20,737 nucleotides of DNA, taken from IMG/VR virus record IMGVR_UViG_2671180842_000001, one strand, 5' to 3'. Made by a program: the position numbers and the translations under genes. Within the stretch, counting starts at the first letter, position 1; each line of letters starts with the position of its first letter. The notes beneath the pieces are model-generated. The model saw only the letters and a program-made list of their open reading frames with translations, did not search any database and had not been told where the DNA came from. Below are positions 1-9,241 of the stretch, one piece after another. This DNA is from an uncultured virus (IMG/VR IMGVR_UViG_2671180842_000001) (lineage: Duplodnaviria > Heunggongvirae > Uroviricota > Caudoviricetes).

Positions 1-2
1 AC

Positions 3-680
3 GGTTATAAACTAAAAGAAATAACTTTAAGAGGTTGTGAGCTTGCCAAGGATATAACTGTATCGTGGAAATTGAAAAAAATGAGTATTGATGAATTTGT
101 TCCATATATAACTAGTCTTTTAGCTGAAAAAATGGGAGCAGCATTAGCAAAAGCTATTGTAGATGGAAAAGGAAAACCAGGGGAAAGTGATTCTTTTAAA
201 CCCCAACCACTTGGAATAAAAACTGCTTTAGCAAAAGAAACTAGTAAGGCGCAAATAATAGAATATGTTGACAAGATAGCTTATACAGATATAACAAAAT
301 TAATGGCTGTTTTGAAAAAATGGAGTAATGGAGCTTGTATTTATGCTAATAGTACGACGATATGGACGCAATTAGCGGAAATATTAGACACAACAGGAAA
401 ACCGATTTTTATCCCTGATGCTGTAAATAGTGATGGGGTTGGAAGAATGTTTGGTAGAGCTGTTAAAATGGATGATAGCATGGCAGATGGCGAGATTCTT
501 GCTGGAAATATAGCAAAAGGTTATGCGATAAATATAAATGAGAATGTAACTTTATATACAGATGAACATGTAAAAAGTAGAAAAACAGATTATTTAACTT
601 ATTCATTAGTTGATGGCAATGTTATAAGTAATAAAGCTTTTGGTATGATAGTTAAAAAAACTAGTGCAGTTGCGAAGTAG
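3..680 (+). CDS. Major capsid protein (HK97 fold), 5'-truncated by window edge
   Basis: Frame is open from nt 3 (GYKLKEITLRGCELAKDITVSWKLKKMS...), so the listed start at 72 is internal. Contains 'GKGKPGE..PQPLGI', 'LDTTGKPIF' and 'GRMFGRAV' segments typical of HK97 capsid C-termini, and lies directly upstream of the connector gene. Confidence 0.85.
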   Translation, partial: GYKLKEITLRGCELAKDITVSWKLKKMSIDEFVPYITSLLAEKMGAALAKAIVDGKGKPGESDSFKPQPLGIKTALAKETSKAQIIEYVDKIAYTDITKLMAVLKKWSNGACIYANSTTIWTQLAEILDTTGKPIFIPDAVNSDGVGRMFGRAVKMDDSMADGEILAGNIAKGYAININENVTLYTDEHVKSRKTDYLTYSLVDGNVISNKAFGMIVKKTSAVAK

Positions 681-689
681 GTGTTTTGA

Positions 690-977
690 ATGATTGTATC
701 ATTAGAAGAAATAAAAGAATATTTGAGATTAGAGGCAGATTATAAAGAAGATGATAATCTGCTTTTGTCTTTTCTGAAAGCAGCAGAGGAGGATTTGGAA
801 AATCGAACAGGAAAAGTTTTTAATGAAACTAACAAATCTGAACTTGTTAGTTTGTATGTAAAAATGTATGTTGCAGAGCAATATGAAAAAAGAGGTGCAA
901 CAGAAAGTAATAGCGAAAAAGTTAGATTTGTTTTAGAAAGTATAATATCTCAAATTTCTATATGTAGTAGGTACTAA
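690..977 (+). CDS. Head-tail connector protein (gp6/gp15-like)
   Basis: 95 aa, begins 'VSLEEIKEYLRLE..DDNLLLSFLKAAEEDLENRTG'. RBS AGGTG upstream; position right after capsid. Confidence 0.85.
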   Translation: MIVSLEEIKEYLRLEADYKEDDNLLLSFLKAAEEDLENRTGKVFNETNKSELVSLYVKMYVAEQYEKRGATESNSEKVRFVLESIISQISICSRY

Positions 978-978
978 A

Positions 979-1318
979 ATGAATGTTGGAAAATTAACTC
1001 AGAGAATAGAAATACAAATTTATGGAGAAATTGAAAACGACATAGGAGAAATTACAAAAGGATGGTCTACGTATAAAAAAACTTTGGGCTAACAAATCGT
1101 TGCTTAGAAATAGTAATAATTATGTGTTAGATAAAGAAAATATAGAGTATTCTTACAGATTTAAAATAAGATATAGAACTGATATAACAGAAGCTATGAG
1201 AATAGTTTGTAATGATGTTGTCTATGATATAAAGCATGTAAATAATATAAAAGAGCTAAATAAATATGAAACAAATATTGATTGTATTCTTTATAAAGAA
1301 GGTGTTTACAATGAGTAG
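979..1318 (+). pseudogene. Head closure/head-tail adaptor (SPP1 gp16-like), split by +1 frameshift in A7 run at 1075-1081
   Basis: ATG979 gives MNVGKLTQRIEIQ...GEITKGWSTYKK, then a stop at 1090-1092. Removing one A joins it to LWANKSLLRNS...YRFKIRYRTDITEAMRIV...YDIKHV, a complete head-closure protein. Could be a sequencing error. Confidence 0.8.
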
Positions 1319-1727
1319 TAGTACAGATTTTAATACAAATGGTTTAGATGATTATACTAATAAGTTATTTAAGCGTATTGCAAAAGAATACCCCAAAAAA
1401 GCTGAAAAGCTTATGAATATCAGTTTAGGAAAATGCAAAGGAGAAGCTATTGCAAGAACTCCGAAGTCAGATAAAAAGCCTAAAAAATATAAAAGAGCTA
1501 AGCACATGAAAGATAATTGGAAAACTAAAGTGCAGTCTAAAAATGGGAATTTTGTAGGGGTTTTGAAAAATGATTCTCCACATGCACATCTAATAGAAAA
1601 TGGCTGGGTGACAAAAAATGGGGGATATGTTGAAGGAACACATATGTTGCAACAAACCATGGAGCATCAAAGGGTAAAAATCGATAAAAGAATAGAAAAA
1701 ATGGTTGACGAAACCTTTAATCTTTAG
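1311..1727 (+). CDS. HK97 gp10-like tail completion/neck protein
   Basis: 'ARTPK', 'HMKDNW', 'NDSPHAHLIENG', 'GGYVEGTHML' motifs. ATG1311 has RBS GAAGGTG and overlaps the previous stop, so it is preferred to 1266. Confidence 0.8.
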   Translation: MSSSTDFNTNGLDDYTNKLFKRIAKEYPKKAEKLMNISLGKCKGEAIARTPKSDKKPKKYKRAKHMKDNWKTKVQSKNGNFVGVLKNDSPHAHLIENGWVTKNGGYVEGTHMLQQTMEHQRVKIDKRIEKMVDETFNL

Positions 1728-1738
1728 AGGGGGTAAGA

Positions 1739-2155
1739 GTGTTAAAAATTGTTTCTGTAAAAAAAGCTATAGTTGAAAAGCTTAAGTCTTTAAATATAAA
1801 AACAGTAGCAAATGAAATAAGAAGCGGGTTTAAAAAACCTGCTTTTTTTATTCAAATTATTCCTATTGAAATGGCTAGCGACCCAAGTTTTTCAAATAGT
1901 ACATTACTTGTTAATATACATTATTTTTCTGAAGAAAAGACAGAGTTAGAAAATTTAAAAATGATTGATAAGCTTAATATATTATTTCAAGATTGTATTT
2001 TAGAAATTGATGGGGGCGAATTGACTATAGAAGAAAAAAGTGTAGAAATATATGAGAATGTTTTACAATACAAATTTAATTTGCAAGTAGTTGAAATTAT
2101 AGAAGAAGACGAAAGTAAATATGAGCTTATGGAAGAGCTTGAAATGAATATTTAA
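1739..2155 (+). CDS. Putative tail terminator protein
   Basis: 138 aa, GTG start after GAGGGG, 'GFKKPAFFIQ' motif, located immediately before the sheath gene. Confidence 0.65.
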   Translation: MLKIVSVKKAIVEKLKSLNIKTVANEIRSGFKKPAFFIQIIPIEMASDPSFSNSTLLVNIHYFSEEKTELENLKMIDKLNILFQDCILEIDGGELTIEEKSVEIYENVLQYKFNLQVVEIIEEDESKYELMEELEMNI

Positions 2156-2172
2156 AAAAAGGAGGTTTTGTT

Positions 2173-3240
2173 TTGGGATTACCAAGTGCGATAATTGAGT
2201 TTCAAAGACGTTCAAGGACTGTTAAATTTAGAAGTCAAAAAGGAATTGTGGCTTTAATACTTAAAGATTCAACAGCTACAAAGAAATCTTATTCTATTGA
2301 TTTTTTAACAGATATAAACGAAGCTGAATTTACAAAAGAAAACTATGATTATATAAGGCTTGCATTTTTAGGAAAACCTAGCAAGGTTATTATTGAAGTT
2401 ATTAATGATTCAGCTGATGTTGAAAGGACTTTAGACGATGTTTTAAAAGCTTTAAAGGCGAATAAATTTAACTATTTAGCTATTCCTTGGATAAGTGAAG
2501 AAGCTGATAAAACTAAAATAGTCAACTGGATAAAGACAGCTAGAAGGGAAAAAGAGATATACAAAGCTGTGCTACCCAATATTGCAGATGCTAACGAGAA
2601 AGCAATTATAAATTTCGCAACAACAGGCATAAAAGTTGGGGAAAAATCTTATACGACAGCAGAATACACAGCTAGAATTGCAGGTATCTTAGCAGGTATA
2701 CCACTTTCAGAAAGTTGTACGTATTTTGTTTTAGATGAAGTTACAGAAATAGAACCAATCGAAAATCCTGATGAAACGATAAATAAAGGGGAGCTAATTT
2801 TAATAAATAATAATGGAATAAGGATAGCTAGGGGTGTGAACTCTTTAGTAACTTTAAGTAAAGAAGATACAGAAGACTTAAAGAAAATAAAAATAGTTGA
2901 AGCTATTGACATGATACAGGACGATATTCTTCAAACCTGGAATGAGAATTACGTTGGAAAAGTAACTAACAAATATGATAATAAAGTATTGTTTCTATCT
3001 GCTATAAACAATTATTTTAAAGAGTTACAGCGTGATGAAGTTCTTGATAATAGTCAAGAAGCTTATGCGCAGATAGATATAGAAGCGCATAAAAAATATC
3101 TGAAAGAAGCGGGAATTGATTATAGTGAAATGACTGAACAGCAAATAAAAGAAGCTAATACGGGTTCTTATGTTTTTATAGAAGGAAACATTACTGTTAC
3201 TGACGCCATGGAGGACTTGAAATTTAAAATATATATGTAA
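2173..3240 (+). CDS. Contractile tail sheath protein (XkdK-like, compact 355 aa)
   Basis: TTG start after AAGGAGG. 'MGLPSAIIEF', 'ARIAGILAG', 'IARGVNSL', 'KIKIVEAIDMIQDDI', 'DAMEDL' are typical of clostridial sheaths. Confidence 0.92.
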   Translation: MGLPSAIIEFQRRSRTVKFRSQKGIVALILKDSTATKKSYSIDFLTDINEAEFTKENYDYIRLAFLGKPSKVIIEVINDSADVERTLDDVLKALKANKFNYLAIPWISEEADKTKIVNWIKTARREKEIYKAVLPNIADANEKAIINFATTGIKVGEKSYTTAEYTARIAGILAGIPLSESCTYFVLDEVTEIEPIENPDETINKGELILINNNGIRIARGVNSLVTLSKEDTEDLKKIKIVEAIDMIQDDILQTWNENYVGKVTNKYDNKVLFLSAINNYFKELQRDEVLDNSQEAYAQIDIEAHKKYLKEAGIDYSEMTEQQIKEANTGSYVFIEGNITVTDAMEDLKFKIYM

Positions 3241-3253
3241 AGAAGGTGAGTAG

Positions 3254-3703
3254 ATGGGCAAGGAAAATGTCGTAGGAAGTAGTCAAATTTCCGGCACATG
3301 GGGAAAACTTTGGTGGGACGGAACTTTAATCGCTGAGGTGCTTAGCTTTGAAGCTAAAGTTACAGCAAATAGAGAAGAAGTTCAATTTGGAATGAGTAAA
3401 GATTCTAAAATAACATCACTAAGCGGTGAAGGAACTATAAAGCTTGGAAAAGTATATTCAAGAGGAAAGAAGAAATTGCTAGAAGCTTGGAAGAATGGAG
3501 AAGACCCACGGAGCACACTTACAAGTAAGGTAAAAGACCCTGGAACACCTGGAAAACAAGCAGAAACAGTCACAATTAACAACGTGTGGTTTAATGAACT
3601 AGCTTTATCACAGTTTGAAAAGGGCGGAAAAATCGAAGAAGAGCTAAGCTTTGGATTTACACCAAACGATTCAGACGTGATGGACGAAATAGACGAAATT
3701 TAA
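3254..3703 (+). CDS. Tail tube protein (XkdM-like)
   Basis: 149 aa following the sheath; 'ISGTWGKLWWDG', 'GEGTIKL', 'DP..GKQAETV', 'IEEELSFGF'. Confidence 0.88.
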   Translation: MGKENVVGSSQISGTWGKLWWDGTLIAEVLSFEAKVTANREEVQFGMSKDSKITSLSGEGTIKLGKVYSRGKKKLLEAWKNGEDPRSTLTSKVKDPGTPGKQAETVTINNVWFNELALSQFEKGGKIEEELSFGFTPNDSDVMDEIDEI

Positions 3704-3729
3704 AGGATAGTTTTTACTATCCTTTTTTT
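3702..3729 (+). terminator. Intrinsic terminator-like hairpin after tail tube gene
   Basis: AAAGGATAGT-tttt-ACTATCCTTT perfect 10-bp stem running into a T tract. Confidence 0.7.
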
Positions 3730-3750
3730 ATATAATAGGAGGATTTTAAA

Positions 3751-4134
3751 ATGGATAATAAAAAAGAAATGGTAACAATAGAGGATATTTTAAGAAGAAA
3801 AGAATATTTTGCAAAGAAAAGTGAAGAAACCAAGCAATTATATATTCCTTCGCTTGATGGAAATATAGAGATTTCAAAGCCGGACAGGATGTTGTGTCTT
3901 GATGCAATAGAAATGGAAGACGCAGTCGAAGGAGATAAATATTTTGTATATGAAATTGTTAAAAGTCCGAATTTAAAGAGCGAAAAATTGCATGCTGAAT
4001 TTGGATGTAAAGATAACCCACTTGATATAGTCGATGTATTATTTGAAGCAGGTGAAATTACTGATATTGTCAAGATTGCAACAAAATTCGCAGGGTTTGG
4101 GGTTGTAGAGGAAATAGAAGACTTAAAAAACTAA
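3751..4134 (+). CDS. Tail assembly chaperone (XkdN-like, gpG equivalent)
   Basis: 127 aa acidic protein between tube and tape measure; RBS AGGAGG; ends in slippery A AAA AAC TAA. Confidence 0.85.
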   Translation: MDNKKEMVTIEDILRRKEYFAKKSEETKQLYIPSLDGNIEISKPDRMLCLDAIEMEDAVEGDKYFVYEIVKSPNLKSEKLHAEFGCKDNPLDIVDVLFEAGEITDIVKIATKFAGFGVVEEIEDLKN

Positions 4135-4325
4135 TTAAAAGCGATGTGGAAATGCAAATGATTAGTCATTATCTAGAAAAAGGTGTTGATTTAGATAAAT
4201 TAACTAATTTATCTATGATAGAAAGAAATTTTCGCATCGCTTGCATGTTATATGAAGAAGAAGAAAAAATAAAACTTATTTCTGAGCTAATAGGTGCTAT
4301 GTTTGGAGGTGTAAAAAATGGCTAG
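4125..4325 (+). CDS. -1 frameshift extension of tail chaperone (gpGT equivalent)
   Basis: The -1 frame is open from the slippery site: LIKSDVEMQMISHYLEKGVDLDKLTNLSMIERNFRIACMLYEEEEKIKLISELIGAMFGGVKNG*, overlapping the tape measure start. Not in the supplied ORF track. Confidence 0.75.
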   Translation, partial: KKLIKSDVEMQMISHYLEKGVDLDKLTNLSMIERNFRIACMLYEEEEKIKLISELIGAMFGGVKNG

Positions 4326-6073
4326 AAGGCATATAGGTGCAGTTATATCTCTAAAAGACAATATGAGTGCGACCATGAGGGGAATTAGAAGAGAGCAAAA
4401 ACAATTTCAAAACGAGGTTAGACGGACACGTAACGAGATGCGCTCGGCAAGTAGAGAGCGTATGCGCATAAGGATGGATGCAACTCCTGCACACAGGACT
4501 ATACAAGATTTAAGGCGAAAACTTGCACCTCTTCGTACTAAACTTGTGAAAGCAGTTGTTATAAAAGATTTAGCGACTGAAAAGATAGAAAGAATAAAAT
4601 CGAACGTAAAATCTTTTGGAAGATTTATTGCAAGACCTGCTATAAAGCTTAAAGACGAAACGAAAGGAATGATTGATAAAATAAAAAATCGACTTACTAG
4701 TTTATCAACTATAGTTCCAATTGGTGCTGCGGTTGGTGCTGCGGGTATGGCTGTTAAAAGTGGTATGGAACTAGAACAACAACAAATAAGTATGCGTCAT
4801 TTTATGGGAGTTGGAAACAAGGGGAAATCTAGCAAAGAGCTTGACGGAATGAGCACAAACTATTTAAAAGATTTAAGAAATAATGCAAATGCGACACCAT
4901 TTGAAACTGGAGAAGTCATATCAGCGGGAACTCGTTCTTTGCAAATAGCGGGTGGAAATACAAAAGATGCTATGCAAATGGTTAAACTAGCAGAGGACAT
5001 GGCGGCACTAAATCCAGGCAAGACCGTTGGAGATGCTATGGAAGCACTTGCGGACATGAACATTGGAGAAATGGCAAGACTTACGGAGTTTGGAGTTAAG
5101 GCAAGCAGTACAGACGATCCAAAGGAAGTACAAAAGAAACTTGAAACAATGTATGCAGGAGGAGCAAATAAGCTTGCTGAAAGTGGTTCAGGGCTACTTT
5201 CTACGATAATGGGTAAGTTAAAGTCTAATATCGCAGATATTGGGCTTGGCATGTTAGAACCTCTTAAACCGGTTATGGCTGGTCTAATTGGATTTATAGA
5301 CCAGGCAAGCCCTAAGATACTAGAAGTATGTACAAAAATAACGAGTGGTATAGGGATGGCGATTGGATGGATACAGCAACAAATGCCAACTTTAGCTCCA
5401 ATTTTTCAAACAGCTTTTGGAGCTGTATCTTCGATTGTATCAACAGTTGTGCCGATAATCGGGCAAGTTATAAGTGCGTTAGCTCCGATTTTTATGGGAT
5501 TACTTTCTGTTGCATCGTCTGTTTTATCAGGAATTGCCTCTGCTGTCAAAACTGTAGCTCCTGTTGTAAGCACTTTGATTTCTGGGTTTTCGCCAGTTTT
5601 TTCAAATGTTGGAAGTGCTTTAAAATCTATGGGTAAAATTTTTAAAAATATTTTTGATAGTGTTATGAAAATAGTTAAAAAAGCGTCTGATTTCATAAAA
5701 CCATTGCTCAGTGGAATAATAGGTGCAACAAAAGGCATTAGTGATGGAGTTAGTTGGGTTGCTGGAAAACTGGCTGGAAATGCAACTGGAACGAAATATT
5801 GGTCGGGCGGACTTTCTGTCGTAGGTGAACATGGACCCGAACTTGTATCTATGCCGCGTGGTAGCAAGGTTTTTACAAATGCAGAAAGTAAGTCTATGAT
5901 TAATAAAAGTATTCCTAACTTACGACAAGTGCAAGGTGGGAATACAAATTACAATATAACAATTCCTAAAATCGCTGAAACAGTAATCGTAAGAGAAGAT
6001 GCTGACATTGAAAGAATAACATCAAGCTTAATAAAAAAAAATACAAATGGCGAAAATGGGCGGTGTTGTTTAA
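4318..6073 (+). CDS. Tape measure protein (about 585 aa); natural stop bypassed by an extra A in A9 run at 6033-6041
   Basis: Basic helical N-terminus, 'ANATPFETGEV' tape-measure motif, hydrophobic Ala/Val/Ser repeats and 'VGEHGPELV' C-terminal motif. With 8 A the frame ends ...KKIQMAKMGGVV-TAA(6071-6073), overlapping the next ATG (TAATG). Confidence 0.82.
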
Positions 6074-6711
6074 TGGAAATGTGGCTTAGACAATCGAATG
6101 ATGCTTTTAGATTCCCAATACTTCCGACCTCTTTTGAAATAAGTGGAAGCATAAATACAAGCACAACAAATGTACTAAAGCTCGGAGAAGTAATTGTCTG
6201 TGGTGGTACAGGACTTAGAACAACAGAGATAAATAGTTTTTTTCCAAGTAAACAATATCATTTTTGCAATTATAAAGATTTTCCACAACCATATGATTGT
6301 GTAAATAAATTGAAAAAGTGGATGGAGCAGGGGTTAATTTTAAGGTATATAATAACTGAAACTGATGTGAATATGGAGGTTATTATTGAAAGCTTCAAAC
6401 ATGGCAAGCAGGATGGTACAAACGATGTTTACTTTACATTGAGTTTAAAAGAATATAAAAGAATACAGATACCTAAAGTAAGCATTAATAATGATGAAAG
6501 GTTATCTTCTGTAAAAGATGTGCCAATCACAAAAGGTTTTGAAACTAAAAAACAAAGAACTCATAAGGTAGGTAAAGGTGACAGTCTTTGGAGTTTGGCA
6601 AAAAAATATTATGGTAATGGGGATTTGTGGAAGAAGATTTATGATGCAAATAAAAAATTAATTAAAAATCCAGATATTATAAAAGATGGTTGGGTATTGG
6701 TAATTCCATAG
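6073..6711 (+). CDS. LysM-domain tail tube initiator protein (XkdP-like)
   Basis: MEMWLRQSNDAFRFPILP... with C-terminal LysM 'HKVGKGDSLWSLAKKYYGNGDLWKKIYDANK..IKNPDII..GWVLVIP'. Confidence 0.87.
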   Translation: MEMWLRQSNDAFRFPILPTSFEISGSINTSTTNVLKLGEVIVCGGTGLRTTEINSFFPSKQYHFCNYKDFPQPYDCVNKLKKWMEQGLILRYIITETDVNMEVIIESFKHGKQDGTNDVYFTLSLKEYKRIQIPKVSINNDERLSSVKDVPITKGFETKKQRTHKVGKGDSLWSLAKKYYGNGDLWKKIYDANKKLIKNPDIIKDGWVLVIP

Positions 6712-6725
6712 GCTGGAGGTGATTT

Positions 6726-8471
6726 ATAATTAACAATATAAAGTTAAAAGTACACATAAAAAATGGCAATATCTATGATATAACTGATATAGTAGAAAAA
6801 GTTACATGGTCAGGTGATTATAAGTCACCTTCCAGAACATTAGAATTTTCTATAGTACAATCCTCTTTTGATGTGAATTTTCAACAGATAGATATACCTA
6901 TAGCTAGTACAGTTTGTTTTTATGTGGATGATAAAGAACTCTATAGAGGAATGATAATTAATAGGTCTAAAGACTCTAGTAATAATAGTATTAGTTTTGT
7001 ATCTAAAGATATGGGATTCTTGTTAACGCAGAGTGAAGTGTCATATAACTTTAAAGATAAATTGGTTGAAGATATTGCAAAACAGGTATTTAATGACAAT
7101 AAACTTGCAATTGGAAACATACCTAAGACTAATGTTAAATATACTAAGATGTTTATTGGTGTAACTGGTTATGACACTATAATGAGTGCATATACAGAAG
7201 CAAGTAAAACTACAAAGAAAAAGTATATGATAGAAGCCAATTTAGACAAGTTTAATGTTATTGAAAAAGGAATTGTTACACTAAATGTCATGTTTGAAGA
7301 AGGTTCTAATCTTATAAATACAAGCTTTTCAGAGAGCATGGAGAATGTAAAAAACAAGGTCTTAGTAGTAGACCAGTACGGCAACAAGATAAGTGAAAAG
7401 GTCAATGATGAGATTTTTAAGGACGTTGGAATAATAATGCAAAAGGTTATACAGCAACAAGAAAATCAAACAATAGATATAGATAGCGAGTTTAAGGGAA
7501 TAGAGCAGACTTGCAATCTGAAAGGATATGGTGACGTAAGTTGCATAACTGGTAGAGGTGTAAAAGTTAAGGACAGCTATACAGGTCTTACAGGGCTATT
7601 TTATATAGACACAGATAAACATAATTGGGACAGTAATGGAAATTATGAAATAGACTTAGATTTAAATTTTCAAAATATTATGGATGAAAAGACAGCAGGA
7701 CAAGACGAGCAAAAAGAAGAAAGTTCTGATTTGAATGGAGAAGGTACGCTAAATGGAAGAGAAGTAAAAGCAGAATTTACAGCTTATTATCCGTCTAATA
7801 ACCCTATGGAGGGTGGTTATTATCAAGCCATGGATGGTAAAAGACTTGTACCTTCAAACAATACTTGTGCTGCACCTAGTAAACTTAAATTTAAAACAAA
7901 AATTCAAGCAAAATGTCCTGGAACTAAAATTGATGGTAAAACTTATACAGTAACAGACAGAGGAGGAGCGATTGGCTTAAAAAATGGAGTGTATAGAATA
8001 GATATATTAATGTCTAGTGAAAAAGAATGTAATGATTTTGGAAGAAGAAAAGGAACAATAATAATTGGAGATGGCACAGGCTATACAAATACAACAGGAA
8101 AAGCTAAAGAATTGATAAGTATAGCAAAAAGCAAGCTAGGCTGTAAGTATGTTTGGGGAGCTACTGGTCCAAATACTTTTGATTGTAGTGGATTCACTCA
8201 ATGGTGTTACAAAAAGATAGGTATAAACATTCCTAGAGTATCAAGAGGCCAAGGAAAAGCAGGTAAAGCAGTAAGTAAAGGAAGTTTACAACCAGGAGAT
8301 TTAGTTTTCTTTTCTAGCAAAGGAGCAAATGGAACAATAGACCATGTTGGTATGTTTATTGGAAATGGAGAATTTATTCATTCTCCGCATACTGGTGATG
8401 TTGTAAAAATAAGTAAGTTAAGTGGTAGCTATTACACTAAAAATTATGTAACAGCTAGAAGATATTTATAA
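6726..8471 (+). CDS. Baseplate hub/tail-tip protein (XkdQ-like) with 3D-like domain and C-terminal NlpC/P60 peptidase
   Basis: Frame is open from 6723 with 'YDITDIVEKVTWSGDYKSPSRTLEF' upstream of the listed GTG6873; RBS GGAGGTG at 6715-6721. 3D-like 'FTAYYP..VTDRGGAI..RIDIL'; NlpC/P60 'YVWGATGPNTFDCSG..PGDLVFF..HVGMFIG..FIHS'. Start codon uncertain (ATA6726 or ATT6729). Confidence 0.85.
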   Translation: MINNIKLKVHIKNGNIYDITDIVEKVTWSGDYKSPSRTLEFSIVQSSFDVNFQQIDIPIASTVCFYVDDKELYRGMIINRSKDSSNNSISFVSKDMGFLLTQSEVSYNFKDKLVEDIAKQVFNDNKLAIGNIPKTNVKYTKMFIGVTGYDTIMSAYTEASKTTKKKYMIEANLDKFNVIEKGIVTLNVMFEEGSNLINTSFSESMENVKNKVLVVDQYGNKISEKVNDEIFKDVGIIMQKVIQQQENQTIDIDSEFKGIEQTCNLKGYGDVSCITGRGVKVKDSYTGLTGLFYIDTDKHNWDSNGNYEIDLDLNFQNIMDEKTAGQDEQKEESSDLNGEGTLNGREVKAEFTAYYPSNNPMEGGYYQAMDGKRLVPSNNTCAAPSKLKFKTKIQAKCPGTKIDGKTYTVTDRGGAIGLKNGVYRIDILMSSEKECNDFGRRKGTIIIGDGTGYTNTTGKAKELISIAKSKLGCKYVWGATGPNTFDCSGFTQWCYKKIGINIPRVSRGQGKAGKAVSKGSLQPGDLVFFSSKGANGTIDHVGMFIGNGEFIHSPHTGDVVKISKLSGSYYTKNYVTARRYL

Positions 8472-8486
8472 AAAGGTGGTGATATA

Positions 8487-8813
8487 GTGTCTGATCCAAT
8501 AAATGAATTTATAGGAATAATAAGAGAGGAAGGAAAACATTACAATGAACCTTCTTTTTTTGTTGGAAAAATTAAAAGCAAATTACCAGATTTAAAAATA
8601 GAGATAAATAACATCGTATTAGAAAAAGAAGATATTTTGATAGATAGTTGGATGCTTGATAGACAGATAGAATCATTTGATACAGAAACAAATCAAGAAC
8701 ATCAACATGAAGTAAAAAATCCATTTATAGATACTTTTGAATCTGGAGACATAGTAATAATGTTCAAAATAGGTGATAAATTTGCTGTTGTAAGTAAGTT
8801 GGTGAGTTTATAA
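8487..8813 (+). CDS. Baseplate spike-like protein (XkdR/DUF2577-like)
   Basis: 108 aa after hub; 'GKIKSKLPDLKI', 'HQHEV', 'GDIV...KFAVVSK'. Confidence 0.75.
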   Translation: MSDPINEFIGIIREEGKHYNEPSFFVGKIKSKLPDLKIEINNIVLEKEDILIDSWMLDRQIESFDTETNQEHQHEVKNPFIDTFESGDIVIMFKIGDKFAVVSKLVSL

Positions 8814-9241
8814 TGAGTACAATATTTCCTTTTATAGGTGTCCCAGAAGATTATATCTTGCCTAAAACGGAAGAATTGCCAATCTTTCGTGAAGTGGCCT
8901 GGGATTTTGAAAAAGATGAACCTATTTTAGAAAATGGAGATTTTAAGATTATTGAAGGCAATGAAGCTATCAAAATTTGGGTGTATAAATGCATCAAAAC
9001 AAATAGATATGAGCATGAAATTTATAGCTGGGGCTATGGAACTGAATTATCTGAACTTATTGGACAGAAATATAGTAAAGGACTTACAGAAAGTGAAGCT
9101 AGTAGATATATAAAAGAGGCTTTATTAGTTAATCAATATATATTAGATGTCAATATCAAGGATACAAAATTTACAGATGATTTATTAAGTGTAAATATAG
9201 AAATTTCGACGATTTATGGGGAGGTAGAAGTTAATGTATAG
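8813..9241 (+). CDS. Baseplate wedge/sheath initiator (XkdS/DUF2634-like)
   Basis: 'REVAWDF', 'EAIKIWVYKCIKTNRY..IYSWGYGTEL', 'STIYG'; TAATG coupling with the previous gene. Confidence 0.82.
   Translation: MSTIFPFIGVPEDYILPKTEELPIFREVAWDFEKDEPILENGDFKIIEGNEAIKIWVYKCIKTNRYEHEIYSWGYGTELSELIGQKYSKGLTESEASRYIKEALLVNQYILDVNIKDTKFTDDLLSVNIEISTIYGEVEVNV

Noticed and set aside
4318..6711. 797-aa tape measure-LysM protein as a genuine novel fusion
   Set aside because: One extra A in an A9 run explains it; the alternative frame gives a normal stop with TAATG coupling to the LysM gene.
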